A stretch of 64,000 nt of DNA, from NCBI GenBank assembly GCA_002269645.1, contig NIVC01000953.1:62001-126000 (forward strand), written 5' to 3'. This stretch comes from Macrostomum lignano (taxonomy: Eukaryota). Position numbers and translations under genes: made by a program. Shown piece after piece: positions 22,288 to 34,562 of this stretch (positions are counted from its first letter, which is position 1; the number at the start of each line of letters is the position of its first letter). The notes under the pieces are model-generated. The model searched no databases. It saw only the letters and a program-made list of their open reading frames with translations, and was not told where the DNA came from.

Positions 22288-23990
22288 ATGGGACGCTTAA
22301 AGGATTTCTTTGAAGGCTGCAAGACAGGAAACATTTCTATTGTCACAGAGCTCATCAGCACCCATAAACAGAAGAATCCACTACTGTGAGTCAGCCTAGG
22401 CCTAACATAGCCTTAAGTCCTATAATTGATCATTTAAATTATTATATTTCATTTTAATTATCATTAATTTTATAATATACAATTACAACTATTGAGATTA
22501 TTTGGATTTTAAGATTCCTAAGCCTATCAATTATGAAATTCAAATAATCTATTAAACATAGTCTATATAACTATATAGGCCACTTCTATTAGTATGGGTC
22601 ATACTCATAGTAGTAGGGACTTCAGTGAGATTTTGAAAGTATATTTTTTGTATTTTTGATGTATATACATTTGATAGAGAAAAGTGTTATAATTCTAAAA
22701 TGGCCTCATTTCGACATTTGACCAATTTGATCAAAGAATAAAAAGTTATAACATTTTTGTGTGAAAAAATGATGCTTTTTAAATAGGAAAAATACACTAA
22801 GGGTTGATACCTTTTGAAGGGTGATGGTCACTTTGTCAACTGGCATTTCGTCAACTCAGTTGATGAAGTGACCAAAGTGTTGGGGCAACTTTACTGCTGG
22901 TTGACAAAGTGACCAATGCTAGGTCCTTCCTATTTGCTTGTTGACAAAGTGACCAAAATTTTCATTATATGAATGATATACCAAGCGCGCGCATTGAAAT
23001 GTTACACTTACTGTTTTTTGTTTTTTTTTGTTTTTGGGGCCTATAAATTCTGACACAAGTGACTTTAGAAAGTCTAAAGTTTGTATACAAAATTTGATTC
23101 CATTTGATCTTAAAATGGCCAAGTATGAGGAGATTCAAAAAAAGATAGTTGAAAAGCTTCGTGCAGATGAGAAGCCAGCATCAATTGCAAGACAGCTTCA
23201 ATTTCTAGAATGCGAGTCTACCAAACCAAAAAGCTCCTTAACAAGACTAGGGACACAAAAGCTTGGCATGGCAATGGGCGCTCTTGCACATCTCGCACTG
23301 CTACCACGATTCGAGCCATTAAACAACGGATTTGTCAAAATCCCAAGAGGAGCATTTGGCAACTGGCACGTAACTTTAGCATGGCTGAGTCCACAATGAG
23401 GAAACTCATCAAAGATGACCTAGGCATGCACAGTAGGGCTATTGTTGCCTGGCACGTGTGTCTGCCAACCAGAAGTGCTGTCATGCAAAGAGGGCCAGAG
23501 GTCTGCTAGACTAGGTGAAATCCCATGGTGGACTTGTGCATGTCTTCTTAGACAAGAAGCTGTTCACCATTGATGTTGTTGTCAACAAGAGAAATGATTG
23601 CTGCATCGTCTCTGGGCCAGTGTTATAGATCCCAAGCAATGTTTGAGTGATTCAACATTACAAGCACCTTGCCTCGGTGATGGTTCCGGGCGTCATAACG
23701 TCTGATGGCCAAAAGTGCCCACCAATCTTCATCAAGGCTGGTGTGAAAATTAACTCGGCAACGTACCAGGAGCTGCTGAGGACACGAGTCTTGCCCTGGT
23801 TGTTTTTAATAATTTTAATAATTTTAATTTTTAATAATTTGTTTTTGTTTATTTGTAAAAAGGTTACCAAATCATGCTTGGGTGCAACCTAGGGATTCAC
23901 CTAGCCATTTCTATTGGAAATATACACATATAAGTTGCTATTGGACAGAATAATAGTCACGTGACTACTCTCAACCAATAGCAACTTACA

Positions 23991-24034
<44 letters not shown>

Positions 24035-27000
24035 GCCAATAGAAAATGGCCAAGGTATTTCCAAGGTTGCGCATGTATCTACCAAATGGTATTACTATAG
24101 TGAGGAAAGTGGCTTAGGGTATCCAGTCAATCCAGCAACAAGATTACCCAGCAATTGTCAATTTGGTGATAGGCCTAGTCAATCTGGCAACAAGGTATAG
24201 TATAAGTAAAAGCTATTTAATCAACTTAGCATTTATAAAGATTATTAGAGCTATACTATTCTTATTTTGGCATTCTTTCAGTTTATAATCATCTCAGAGT
24301 GACCATCAACATTTAAAATAATTGTAAGACAAAAACCAATTATGGTTTCAAATGAAAAGAAATCAAAAGTTGGCAAACTAACTTTATTTATTTCAAAAGA
24401 TAATAAGATTGTTGTAGCTTATATATCATATTCAGGTTATAATAATCCAAATATTTATTTTTTAATAAATTGATTATAGACCAAAGCTGGCTGCAAAACA
24501 TGTGTCAAATATGACAAATCGTCATAGAAAACTGCTGCTCATTCTAGATCAAAGGCATCAAAATCCCCCCTCACCTTTGCACCCCTTACCCTTCCCTCAA
24601 CTTCAGTTTATAATCATTTCCACACATGCACTCCACTAAAATGATTATGAACCAAAGCTGGGTTAAAATTAATATTGTATGTAATGCACATACTAGAGGC
24701 CAAACGAGTACTTGACCAAGAATAGTACTCGACATGTCAAGTAATTGACTATTTTTTCAACTACTTGACTGTCAAGAAATTTTACTCAAGTCAAATAGAG
24801 AAATTTGAGTATTTTTTTATTATGTATATATAGATAATATGGGATAAATATGCCTTTTATTATAGGAAATATCAGTATGGCAATGAAATTATAGCATTAT
24901 AGAAATTGTTAAATGCCTTGCACATTTAAATGATTCTATACCAAAGCTAATATTCAAGCATCATCTAACAAACTGTAACTTTCCCATTAAATTTTGGGTA
25001 TTTTTTTGTCAGCCAGTTTTGAACACTCCATTTTGCACTGCAATGAGCAAAATATAAGGTGATAGTAAACTAAAACTGGCAAGGTAGAAGGTGATTATAA
25101 ATTAAAGGATTACCCTTATTTTTAGTAATATTAAATTTTGCTATATGTTTGTCTAGGCAAAATTTGTTAAACTAAATAGAATAGTTACAATTATATGTTG
25201 TATTCTATATTTTGCAGACTATATGCATGAAAGCTGCAATGCAACTAGCAATTTTTAAGTTTTCGCTTCTCAAATATTATTAAAAGGAAAAAGACTCTCA
25301 ACCATTAATTGCTTAAAAGCTTTTATATATTTATACACTTCACATGTAGCAACAAATAAATGTATTAGGTACAATTCATATAAGGCATATTATAGACATA
25401 GGTATTTGTATTACATATTAAACAGCTTTAAGTTTAAATTAGTAGTAAAATTTAATTACATTACAACAGTAACTTTAATTAGATTACGTTCTGGGGTTTT
25501 TTTTGTCCATAACTTGGGTGCAATTTCGCACCCTGTGCTAGATTTCAGGGTGCAATTTTCAAGACCAGGATGTGCTGCACTGCTGCAGACAAAAACTGGT
25601 CTAACATAACACTACTCGATGTCCATATCACTAAATTGTGAAATCCGCATCACATCCTTGCAAAAGATTCTGGTGCGCTTTTTGCATCGTGAGTCAAATT
25701 TCAGGGTGCAATTTTTAAAACCAGGATGCTATTCTCACCCATTTGCACAAATAACCCAGATTAAGTTACATTAGGAGTAAATTCAAATTATAACCAATAA
25801 ATTTTGCATTATAATGATATAGAAACATAATATTGTAACAATAAAACAACAAGAAAACTAGAGATTGGATAAATACCTTTATTGTGCACAAGCATAACAT
25901 TTTGTGATTTCATTTTTGTTATACATGAATATAATTGTGATCATGAAAATGATTTTCATATTATATACATATATTACATTATATACAAAATATACACATT
26001 AAAACAAAATAAAGTAAAAATATGTGAATGTGCTCTTAGACTTGGATAAAGAGTTCAAACTTGCAAGATTATTTGTTCTATTCTAACTCTTGGAATATAT
26101 ATTAAGACATATTTATTTGGTTTTTAGCTTTTACAAATCATATATTATGGCATAACTATTCAAATGTCAAGGCTAAAATTACAAGTATGATTACATTTAA
26201 TTATATATCATAGAGTTTGTTTGGGATACTTCGAAGTATAAGTCATATTTGTAGTTTTATGAAAAAAATTACACAACTTCTTTTAAGAAAACTAGGACCA
26301 TTTCCACAGTATAATAAGTCACATGAAAATCACAGTCATGGCTAAAAAATGATTAAACTAGATGCTCTGTCAAGTTATCATTACAAATTGTAAGCTTTAT
26401 CTTAGGCCTGAAATGTTCCTATTGATCGTAGCTTTAAAATATAATTTATAATAGAACATACCCGACATCATTTTAGGCAGAAATTATCTGGCAACATCTT
26501 AGACTCAGCGGAGGATGGAAAGAGAACTGGCTTACTACTGGCTGCCAGGCACAATCACCTGTGAGTATTATTGGGTTTTTTATCCTTCTGTTAAAACATT
26601 CCTAAATCGCTATGCTCTCCACCCTACCGCATCGCGCATGCAGCATCTGCGTCAAAGCTCTGGTGGACGCCGGCGCTAATCTGTACTCACGTGACGAGAC
26701 CGGTTGCACAGCGCTGCACTACGCCGTTTGGAATGCCAACTCCGAGATGGTGGCCTACCTGCTCACCGAGGACTCAAAGCAGAAGTCTCAGCTGGTGTCT
26801 ATGGCCGCTACTAGCGAGTCTAATAATGGCGCCACTCCTCTGCACGTTGCCTGCCAGCGAAATCTGTCAGATATTGCCGCCTATCTGCTTCGGTGCAATG
26901 TGAGTGAGGCTTGGAGATGGGGAAGAGACTAGGGAGAGGATTAGGAGATGGGGAAGAGACTAGGGGGAGGATTAGGAGATGGGGAAGAGACTAGGGGGAG

Positions 27001-30000
27001 GATTAGGAGATGGGGAAGAGACTAGGGGGAGGATTAAGAGATGAGGAAGAGACTAGGGGAGGATTAGGAGATGGGGAAGAGACTAGGGGGAGGATTAGGA
27101 GATGGGGAAGAGACTAGGGGGAGGATTAGGAGATGGGGAAGAGACTAGGGGAGGATTAGGAGATGGGGAAGAGACTAGGGGGAGGATTAGGAGATGGGGA
27201 AGAGACTAGGGGAGGATAAAGAGATGAGGAAGAGACTAGGGGGAGGATTAGGAGATGGGGAAGAGACTAGGGGGAGGATTAGGAGATGGGGAAGAGACTA
27301 GGGGGAGGATTAGGAGATGGGGAAGAGACTAGGGGGAGGATTAGGAGATGGGAAGAGACTAGGGGAGGATTAGGAGATGGGGAAGAGACTAGGGGGAGGA
27401 TTAGGAGATGGGGAAGAGACTAGGGGGAGGATAAAGAGATGAGGAAGAGACTGTGGAGAGGATTAGGAGATGGGAAGAGACTATTGAGAGGATTAGGAGA
27501 TGGGGAAGAGACTAGGGGGAGGATTAAGAGATGAGGAAGAGACTAGGGGGAGGATTAGGAGATGGGGAAGAGACTAGGGGGAGGATTAGGAGATGGGGAA
27601 GAGACTAGGGGGAGGATAAAGAGATGAGGAAGAGACTAGGGGGAGGATTAGGAGATGGGGAAGAGACTAGGGGGAGGATAAAGAGATGAGGAAGAGACTA
27701 GGGAGAGGATTAGGAGATAAAGAAGAGACTAGGGAGAGGATTAGGAGATGGGGAAGAGTCAATAGACAATGGAGAGGATTAGGAGATGGGAAGAGAATAT
27801 GGATAGGATTAAGAGATGGGGAAGAGACTAGGGGGGAGAGGATTATGAGATTGGGAAGAGACTAGGGGAGAGGATTAAGAGATGAAGAAGAGACTATGGA
27901 GAGGATTAAGAGATGAAGAAGAGACTGTGGAGAGGATTAGGAGATGGGAAGAGACTATTGAGAGGATTAAGAGATGAAGAAGAGACTATGGAGAGGATTA
28001 AGAGATGAAGAAGAGACTATGGAGAGGATTAAGAGATGAAGAAGAGACTATGGAGAGGATTAAGAGATGAAGAAGAGACTATGGAGAGGATTAAGAGATG
28101 AAGAAGAGACTGTGGAGAGGATTAGGAGATGGGAAGAGACTATTGAGAGGATTAAGAGATGAAGAAGAGACTATGGAGAGGATTAAGAGATGAAGAAGAG
28201 ACTGTGGAGAGGATTAAGAGATAAAGAAGAGACTATGGAGAGGATTAGGAGATGAAGAAGAGACTATGGAGAGGATTAAGAGATAAAGAAGAGACTATGG
28301 AGAGGATTAAGAGATAAAGAAGAGACTATGGAGAGGATTAGGAGATGGGAAGAGACTGTTGATATTAGAAAGGGGATTCTAAAGAGAGGTAGGGGTTAGA
28401 CTTGAAAAACGAAATGGAAGATACTTAAGCCTGCAAATCCAGTTACAGCAGATTAGAGATTATCTCGATCTGCCAATTCCAGGCCAGCCCACTGGTTACC
28501 AACGCTGCCGGTCAGACCGCCTTTGACCTGGCCTGCTCAGGCGGTCACTCGGACACAGTGGCCGTTCTGCTGCCGGCCTGTCGCGGCTTCCTAACCGAAG
28601 TGGTCAGCTTCACCGATTGCTCACCTCTGGAGGAGGCCGCACGCGGCGGTCACGCCAATGTTGTACAGCAGCTACTTGAGGCCGGATTTCGCGTCAACGC
28701 TAGGAGCGGCTGCGGCGACGGCAGTGCGTCGGTAGGCGGCACGGCGCTGCACGCGGCTTGCGCTGGACTTCGGCATTCCACTGTACAGTTGCTGCTGTCG
28801 GCCGGAGCCAACCCAGCTGCCAGGGACTGCTCAGGCAGGACCGTTGTGGAACTGCTGCAGTCGTTTGGCTCCCCTGAGCACCTGCGCCTAGCCGAAGATG
28901 TCGCCTGTCGGGCCGAACTAAACAGCAGTCGTCGAGACTCGAAAGCCACCGCCACCACCGGCGCTCAGCAGCAGCCACCGCCGCCGCGACCTCCGCCGCC
29001 TCGGTCTCTACTGGTGGGCGACGACAGCGAAGAAGGTCGTTCGGCATCGCCAACACCTACTCCAAGGCCAAGATTATCCGCCCAGTTGCAGCAGCAGCAG
29101 GCAGCGCCTGTACCAAAACGACGCTCGATGCTTGGCGCTAACAGCTTGCATGGTCCAGCTGATTCAACAACTTCGGCTGCCGGTCAAATGCAGCCTTCAG
29201 CTCGGCCTCGCCAGCAGCGCGCCACTATCATGCTGTTGCCGCCGTCAAAGGCGTCAACTGGTGTTCAGCCTCCGAAGCGCCCTCCGCCGCCTCCGCATCT
29301 TCGCGGATTGACATTCAACGAAGAGCAGCAGGCGTCTGGGCAACAGCAGCAGCCTGAGGTTTGATAGTTTTCTATTTTCCGAAATGGCGCCCCTCAACAA
29401 AAAATTCGCCCTTTAAATAAAATGGCGCCTCTCTTAAACGAAATGGCGCCTCTCTTAAACGAAATGGCGCCTCTCTCAAACGAAATGGCGCCTCTCTCAA
29501 ACGAAATGGCGCCTCTCCTAAACAAAATGGCGCCTCTCTTAAACGAAATGGCGCCTTTCTCAAATGAAATGGAACCTCTCTCAAACGAAACGGCGCCTCT
29601 CTTAAACGAAATGGCGCCTCTCTTAAACGAAATGGCGCCTCTCTTAAACGAAATGGCGCCTCTCTTAAACGAAATGGCGCCTCTCTCAAACGAAATGGCG
29701 CCTCTCTCAAACGAAATGGCGCCTCTCTCAAATGAAACGGCGCCTCTCTCAAACGAAATGGCGCCTCTTTCAAATGAAACGGCGCCTCTCTCAAACGAAA
29801 TGGCGCCTCTCTCAAACGAAATGGCGCCTCTCTGAAATGAAATGGCACCTCTCTAATAATGAAGTGGCGCCTCTCTCAAATGAAGTGGCGCCTCTCTCAA
29901 ATGAAATGGCGCCTCTTTCAAATGAAACGGCGCCTCTCTCAAACGAAATGGCGCCTCTCTCAAACGAAATGGCGCCTCTCTGAAATGAAATGGCACCTCT

Positions 30001-31554
30001 CTAATAATGAAGTGGCGCCTCTCTCAAATGAAGTGGCGCCTCTCTCAAATGAAATGGCGCCTCTCTCAAATGAAATGGCGCCTCTTTTAAACGAAATGGC
30101 GCCTCTCTTAAATCAAATGGCGCCTGTCTCAAATTAAATGGCGCTCCTTCAAATAAAGTGGCGTCTACTCAACTGTCAAAAATTATTTTTTTAATAAATT
30201 TAATACCAATATTTCTAAATTTTTTACACAGGCTGCTGAAGAATATTCTGAACCCGAGCTGTTAATATCAATTGATGCCGATGGCAGTCTTGCTCCAATT
30301 ACTCCTTCGACATCAAGTGCCCGATCCTCTTCTAGAACGAATATTGACCTATTGACGATGTCCCTCGCTGGTGTGGAGAATCTTCCAGAGACTGCAGAGC
30401 CGTCCCCAGCAGCCAGGCAATCAGTTGCGTGTGGTGACCTACTAGATCTAACCAACTTCGACAATAGTACAAGGGCTCAATCCGCTGGGCAGGATTGGGA
30501 ACCAATCAGAATTGACCCGATTTCGCAGCCAATCGCCGAGGAGCTGGATAGTGGTAGCTGCCAGCCAATCAGCGACGACCATTTGGGGAGTAGCTCTCGG
30601 CTAAGCGCGGAGGAGATTGCGGGCCAGGAGTCCCACATAGTCTCAGATGAGACCAAAGAGGACTCTCAGCCAATCTCAGATGAGACCAAAGAGGACTCTC
30701 AGCCAATCTCAGATGAGACCAAAGAGGACTCTCAGCCAATATCAGAAGAGAACAAAGAGGACTCTCAGCCAATCTCAGATGAGACCAAAGAGGACTCTCA
30801 GCCAATCTCAGATGAGACCAAAGAGGACTCTCAGCCAATATCAGAAGAGAACAAAGAGGACTCTCAGCCAATCTCAGATGAGACCAAAGAGGACTCTCAG
30901 CCAATCTCAGATGAGACCAAAGAGGACTCTCAGCCAATGTCAGAAGAGAACAAGCAGGACTCTCAGCCAATCTCAGATGAGACTAAAGAGGACTCTCAGC
31001 CAATCCCAGATAAGCCCAAAGAGGACTCTCAACCAATCTCAGATGAGACTAAAGAGGACTCTCAGCCAATCTCCGATGAGACTAAAGAGGACTCTCAAAC
31101 CTCCAGCGGCACTCTCAATGCAGCATTAGAACCAATTTACGATGAACCAAGACGACATTCAAAGCCGCTCTCGGCCGAGCTGCAGTCTTTGTTAAGCCGA
31201 ACTTCTGTCGTGTCAACTTTGACCCCGGAGCCTGAGCCGGAGGCACCCTTGCCTAGTCCGAGGGGTCAGCGCGCCTCAACAGAGATGCTACTTGACTTGT
31301 CCTCACCTGAACAGGCGCCAACGACAACTGCTGAATCAACTTCTTCTCCTCCTCTGGAAGATTCTCCCCTGACAGACTGGAAGCCGCTGTCAATTGTTGT
31401 GCAGCCGCGTATAAGTCGGCAGAGCCGGTTTTCTGGCGCCGCTACGGCCTCGGTTGTGAGCTTGCCGCTGGTGCAGGAGACTAACAGGCTGGGCTCCCAG
31501 CCTGACTGCTGGCCCGCCCCAGTGACTGTTGGCGATTCCACTTTCTATTTGTGA
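22288..31554 (+). CDS. Ankyrin-repeat protein (ANKS1/CASKIN-like N-terminus, low-complexity C-terminus), 878 aa; exons 22288-22385, 26477-26560, 26644-26899, 28483-29358, 30232-31554
   Basis: All introns GT-AG with matching phases (2,2,0,0), total 2637 nt; ankyrin motifs TALHYA, TPLHVA, SPLEEAARGGH, TALHAA. Confidence 0.8.
22826..22954. repeat. Small degenerate foldback/MITE remnant
   Basis: GGTCACTTTGTCAAC (22826-22840) with inverted copies GTTGACAAAGTGACC at 22900 and 22940. Confidence 0.45.
23115..23803 (+). mobile_element. Degenerate Tc1/mariner (maT-like) transposase remnant in ankyrin-gene intron 1
   Basis: HTH-like MAKYEEIQKKIVEKL..IARQL, NPKRSIWQLARNF, DKKLFTID, ASVMVPGVITSDG..PPIFI..GVKINSATY across frameshifts; truncated before the second catalytic Asp. 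Confidence 0.75.
23995..24033. repeat. (TG)n microsatellite
   Basis: Direct. Confidence 0.95.
26909..28355. repeat. Purine-rich minisatellite, about 30 bp (GGAGATGGGGAAGAGACTAGGGGGAGGATTA), filling ankyrin intron 3
   Basis: Direct tandem repetition with a gradient of variants. Confidence 0.95.
29381..30165. repeat. 21-bp minisatellite AAACGAAATGGCGCCTCTCTC filling ankyrin intron 4
   Basis: Direct tandem repetition. Confidence 0.95.
30658..31098 (+). repeat. Coding 33-bp repeat (EDSQPISDETK) x13 plus partial unit in ankyrin-gene exon 5
   Basis: In-frame units with a DETK/DETK/EENK three-unit periodicity. Confidence 0.95.
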
Positions 31555-31720
31555 GAATGCGATCGATCCTCATCAACTTGTACTGAATAAATAATCTTGC
31601 ACTTTTTGCATCTTGCGCACAATTAGCTCACCTACTCTTGATGTTTTTGATGCTTTTGAAGGCTTAGATTAAAAAACCATGTGTTTTGCTTCCTTAGTTA
31701 GAACTGCTCATTCGGACAAA

Positions 31721-33275
31721 CCCGTTGAAAACGGTACAGGCTAAAGAGTCATTGCAAACAACTCACTCAAGTGACTCTACGCCGACTCTAGCAGCTCTGT
31801 GGCGACTCTAGTGACTCTAAGGCGATTAGCACTTAGCAGCTCTGGGGCGACTGTAGTGACTCTAGGGCGACTGTAGTGACTCTAGGGAGATTAGCACTTA
31901 GCAGCTCTAGTGACTCTAGGGCGATTAGCACTTAGCAGCTCTAGGGTGACTCTAGTGACTCTAGGGCGACTGTAGTGACTCTAGGGCGACTGTAGTGACT
32001 CTAGGGCGACTGTAGTGACTCTAGGGCGACTGTAGTGACTCTAGGGCGACTGTAGTGACTCTAGGGCGACTGTAGTGACTCTAGGGCGACTGTAGTGACT
32101 CTAGGGCGACTGTAGTGACTCTGGGGCGACTCTAGTGACTCTGGGGCGACTGTAGTGACTCTAGGGCGACTGTAGTGACTCTAGGGCGACTGTAGTGACT
32201 CTATTGCGACTGTAGTGACTCTAGGGCGACTGTAGTGACTCTAGGTCGATTAGCACTTAGCAGCTCTAGGGTGACTCTAGTGACTCTAGGTCGTCTGTAG
32301 TGACTCTAGGGCGACTGTAGTGACTCTAGGGCGACTGTAGTGACTCTAGGGCGACTGTAGTGACTCTAGGTCGACTGTAGTGACTCTAGGTCGACTGTAG
32401 TGACTCTAGGGCGACTGTAGTGACTCTAGGGCGACTGTAGTGACTCTAGGGCGACTGTAGTGACTCTAGGGCGACTGTAGTGACTCTAGGGCGACTGTAG
32501 TGACTCTAGGGCGACTGTAGTGACTCTAGGTCGACTGTAGTGACTCTAGGTCGACTGTAGTGACTCTAGGTCGACTGTAGTGACTCTAGGGCGACTGTAG
32601 TGACTCTAGGTCGATTAGCACTTAGCAGCTCTAGGGTGACTCTAGTGACTCTATGGCAACTCTAGTGACTCTATGGCAACTCTAGTGACTCTATGGCAAC
32701 TCTAGTGACTCCATGGCAACTCTAGTGACTCTATGGCAACTCTAGTGACTCTATGGCAACTCTAGTGACTCTATGGCAACTCTAGTGACTCTAGGGCGAC
32801 TCTAGTGACTCTAGGGCGACTCTAGCAACTCTGGGATGACTCTAGCAACTCTGGGGAAACTCTAGCAACTCTGGGGCGACTAGCAACTCTGGGCGACTAG
32901 CAACTCTGGGGCGATTCTAGTGAGTCTATGGCAACTCTAGTGAATCTAGGGCAACTCTAGTGACTCTATGGCAACTCTAATGACTCTAGGGCAACTCTAG
33001 TGACTCTAGGGCAACTCTAGTGACTTTTTAACGACTCAAACGACTGTAATGCAACAGAGAAGCGACTGCTAACTCACTACTAGCGCATCACGTGAGTTGC
33101 AGAATCGGTAAAAAGAGTTACAAAAAAGTCGCCCAAGGGCCGTTGTGTTAACGCTTTAATTTCTACTAACTTTTTACGGTGACATCTCATCGTTTTAGAG
33201 TTGTCCATAGTCACTTGTTTCCTATTTTACCTGTGTTACCTGCAACGACTCTAAAGCTCTACCGTTTTCATCGGG
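31721..33275. mobile_element. Non-autonomous CACTA/EnSpm-type element carrying a 20-bp minisatellite
   Basis: Imperfect TIR CCCGTTGAAAACGGTA / TACCGTTTTCATCGGG, AA on both flanks (2-bp TSD), no ORF. Confidence 0.7.
31770..33025. repeat. 20-bp minisatellite CTAGGGCGACTGTAGTGACT
   Basis: Direct tandem repetition. Confidence 0.95.
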
Positions 33276-34185
33276 AAAATTGTAAAACAAAAATTGGCTT
33301 TTAAAAGAAAAAAAATACTGTCAATATAATCTCTTATTTGCGTTGAGACATAGCTTGTCGCTTTTTAGTGTTTTTGTTTCTTGTTAATTCAAGATTTGTA
33401 GCATGCTTTTGTTGAAGTAATATTTATTCCAGGGAAACTTGTATTTCAAATGTTTAAATGGTTTTTTATTCTACCACGTAACTTTTGCCAATTTTTTTTA
33501 TAAACTTTTAAAAAAGTACCTAGATTTTATTGCCTTTGTAAAAAAACCATGAAAAACCTCTTGTGCCTACTCATTTTTCTCAGTAGCCTTAAAGGGTTTT
33601 TTCACTATTTTATTCTGCACTTTTTCACACTTTGATTGAACACATTAATAATCACGAAAACAGTATTGAATTCTTTGAATTGTATTCTATATACAAATGA
33701 TTGCCAATATATCATATTTCCTTCATTTTTTGCCAATTCTAAATTCCACTCCGAAGTTCACAATCACATTATTAACTGTGTATATCTTTGATTTTTCATT
33801 CACAATATTTTCTTTTTTTAACTTGTCTTTTATTCCGATTTTTGCATGTTTTATTGCGAGACATATTGAGTAGATTTGTATTAGTTTTTTGTACTTTTTA
33901 AGGGTCACACTCGCTGACTAACTACTGTTAGTAGATGAAGTAATAAATCTGAATTTTGCGATATAGTTTTTTGTTGTAACTTTTAAAGCTGAATCGAACA
34001 ATTTTTTCTCAGTTTCCGTTGTTTTCCACTTGGTTTATACTACTACAAGTACTATTCTAGCTAATGATAATATTTGAAACAATTGTGAGGATTTTTAATC
34101 TGTTTTTGGAGTAAAACTTTATTTTGTTTACGATCAATATTGCAGTCTCTTTTTGCATTGGATTTCATTTAAGTACATGTCTGCC

Positions 34186-34405
34186 CTTTATCCCTTTCTA
34201 CTCTCCCCCTTTATCCCTTTCTACTCTTCCCCATTTATCCCTTTCTACTCTTCCCCTTTATCCCTTTCTACTCTCCCCCTTTATCCCTTTCTACTCTTCC
34301 CCATTTATCCCTTTCTACTCTCCGCCTTTATCCTTTTCTACTCTCCCCCTTTATCCCTTTCTACTCTTCCCCATTTATCTCTTTCTACTCTCCCCCTTTA
34401 TCCGC
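34186..34405. repeat. 23-bp minisatellite TTTATCCCTTTCTACTCTCCCCC
   Basis: Direct tandem repetition just upstream of RABL6. Confidence 0.9.
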
Positions 34406-34562
34406 TTTATACCAGGATAAGCCAATACAGTTTCCGGTTATATAGTGTTGTTTACATCTGTTATAATTTAATTTAAACCAATATTTCAGCATCATGCAAG
34501 CAATGAACCCTTCATCAATAATAGCCTGAAAAAAGCTACAATCCAAAATCCCAAACAGCTCA

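Noticed and set aside
29372-30137. NEMAPLS / REAPFRL repeat proteins
   Set aside because: 21-bp array lying inside a well-supported intron
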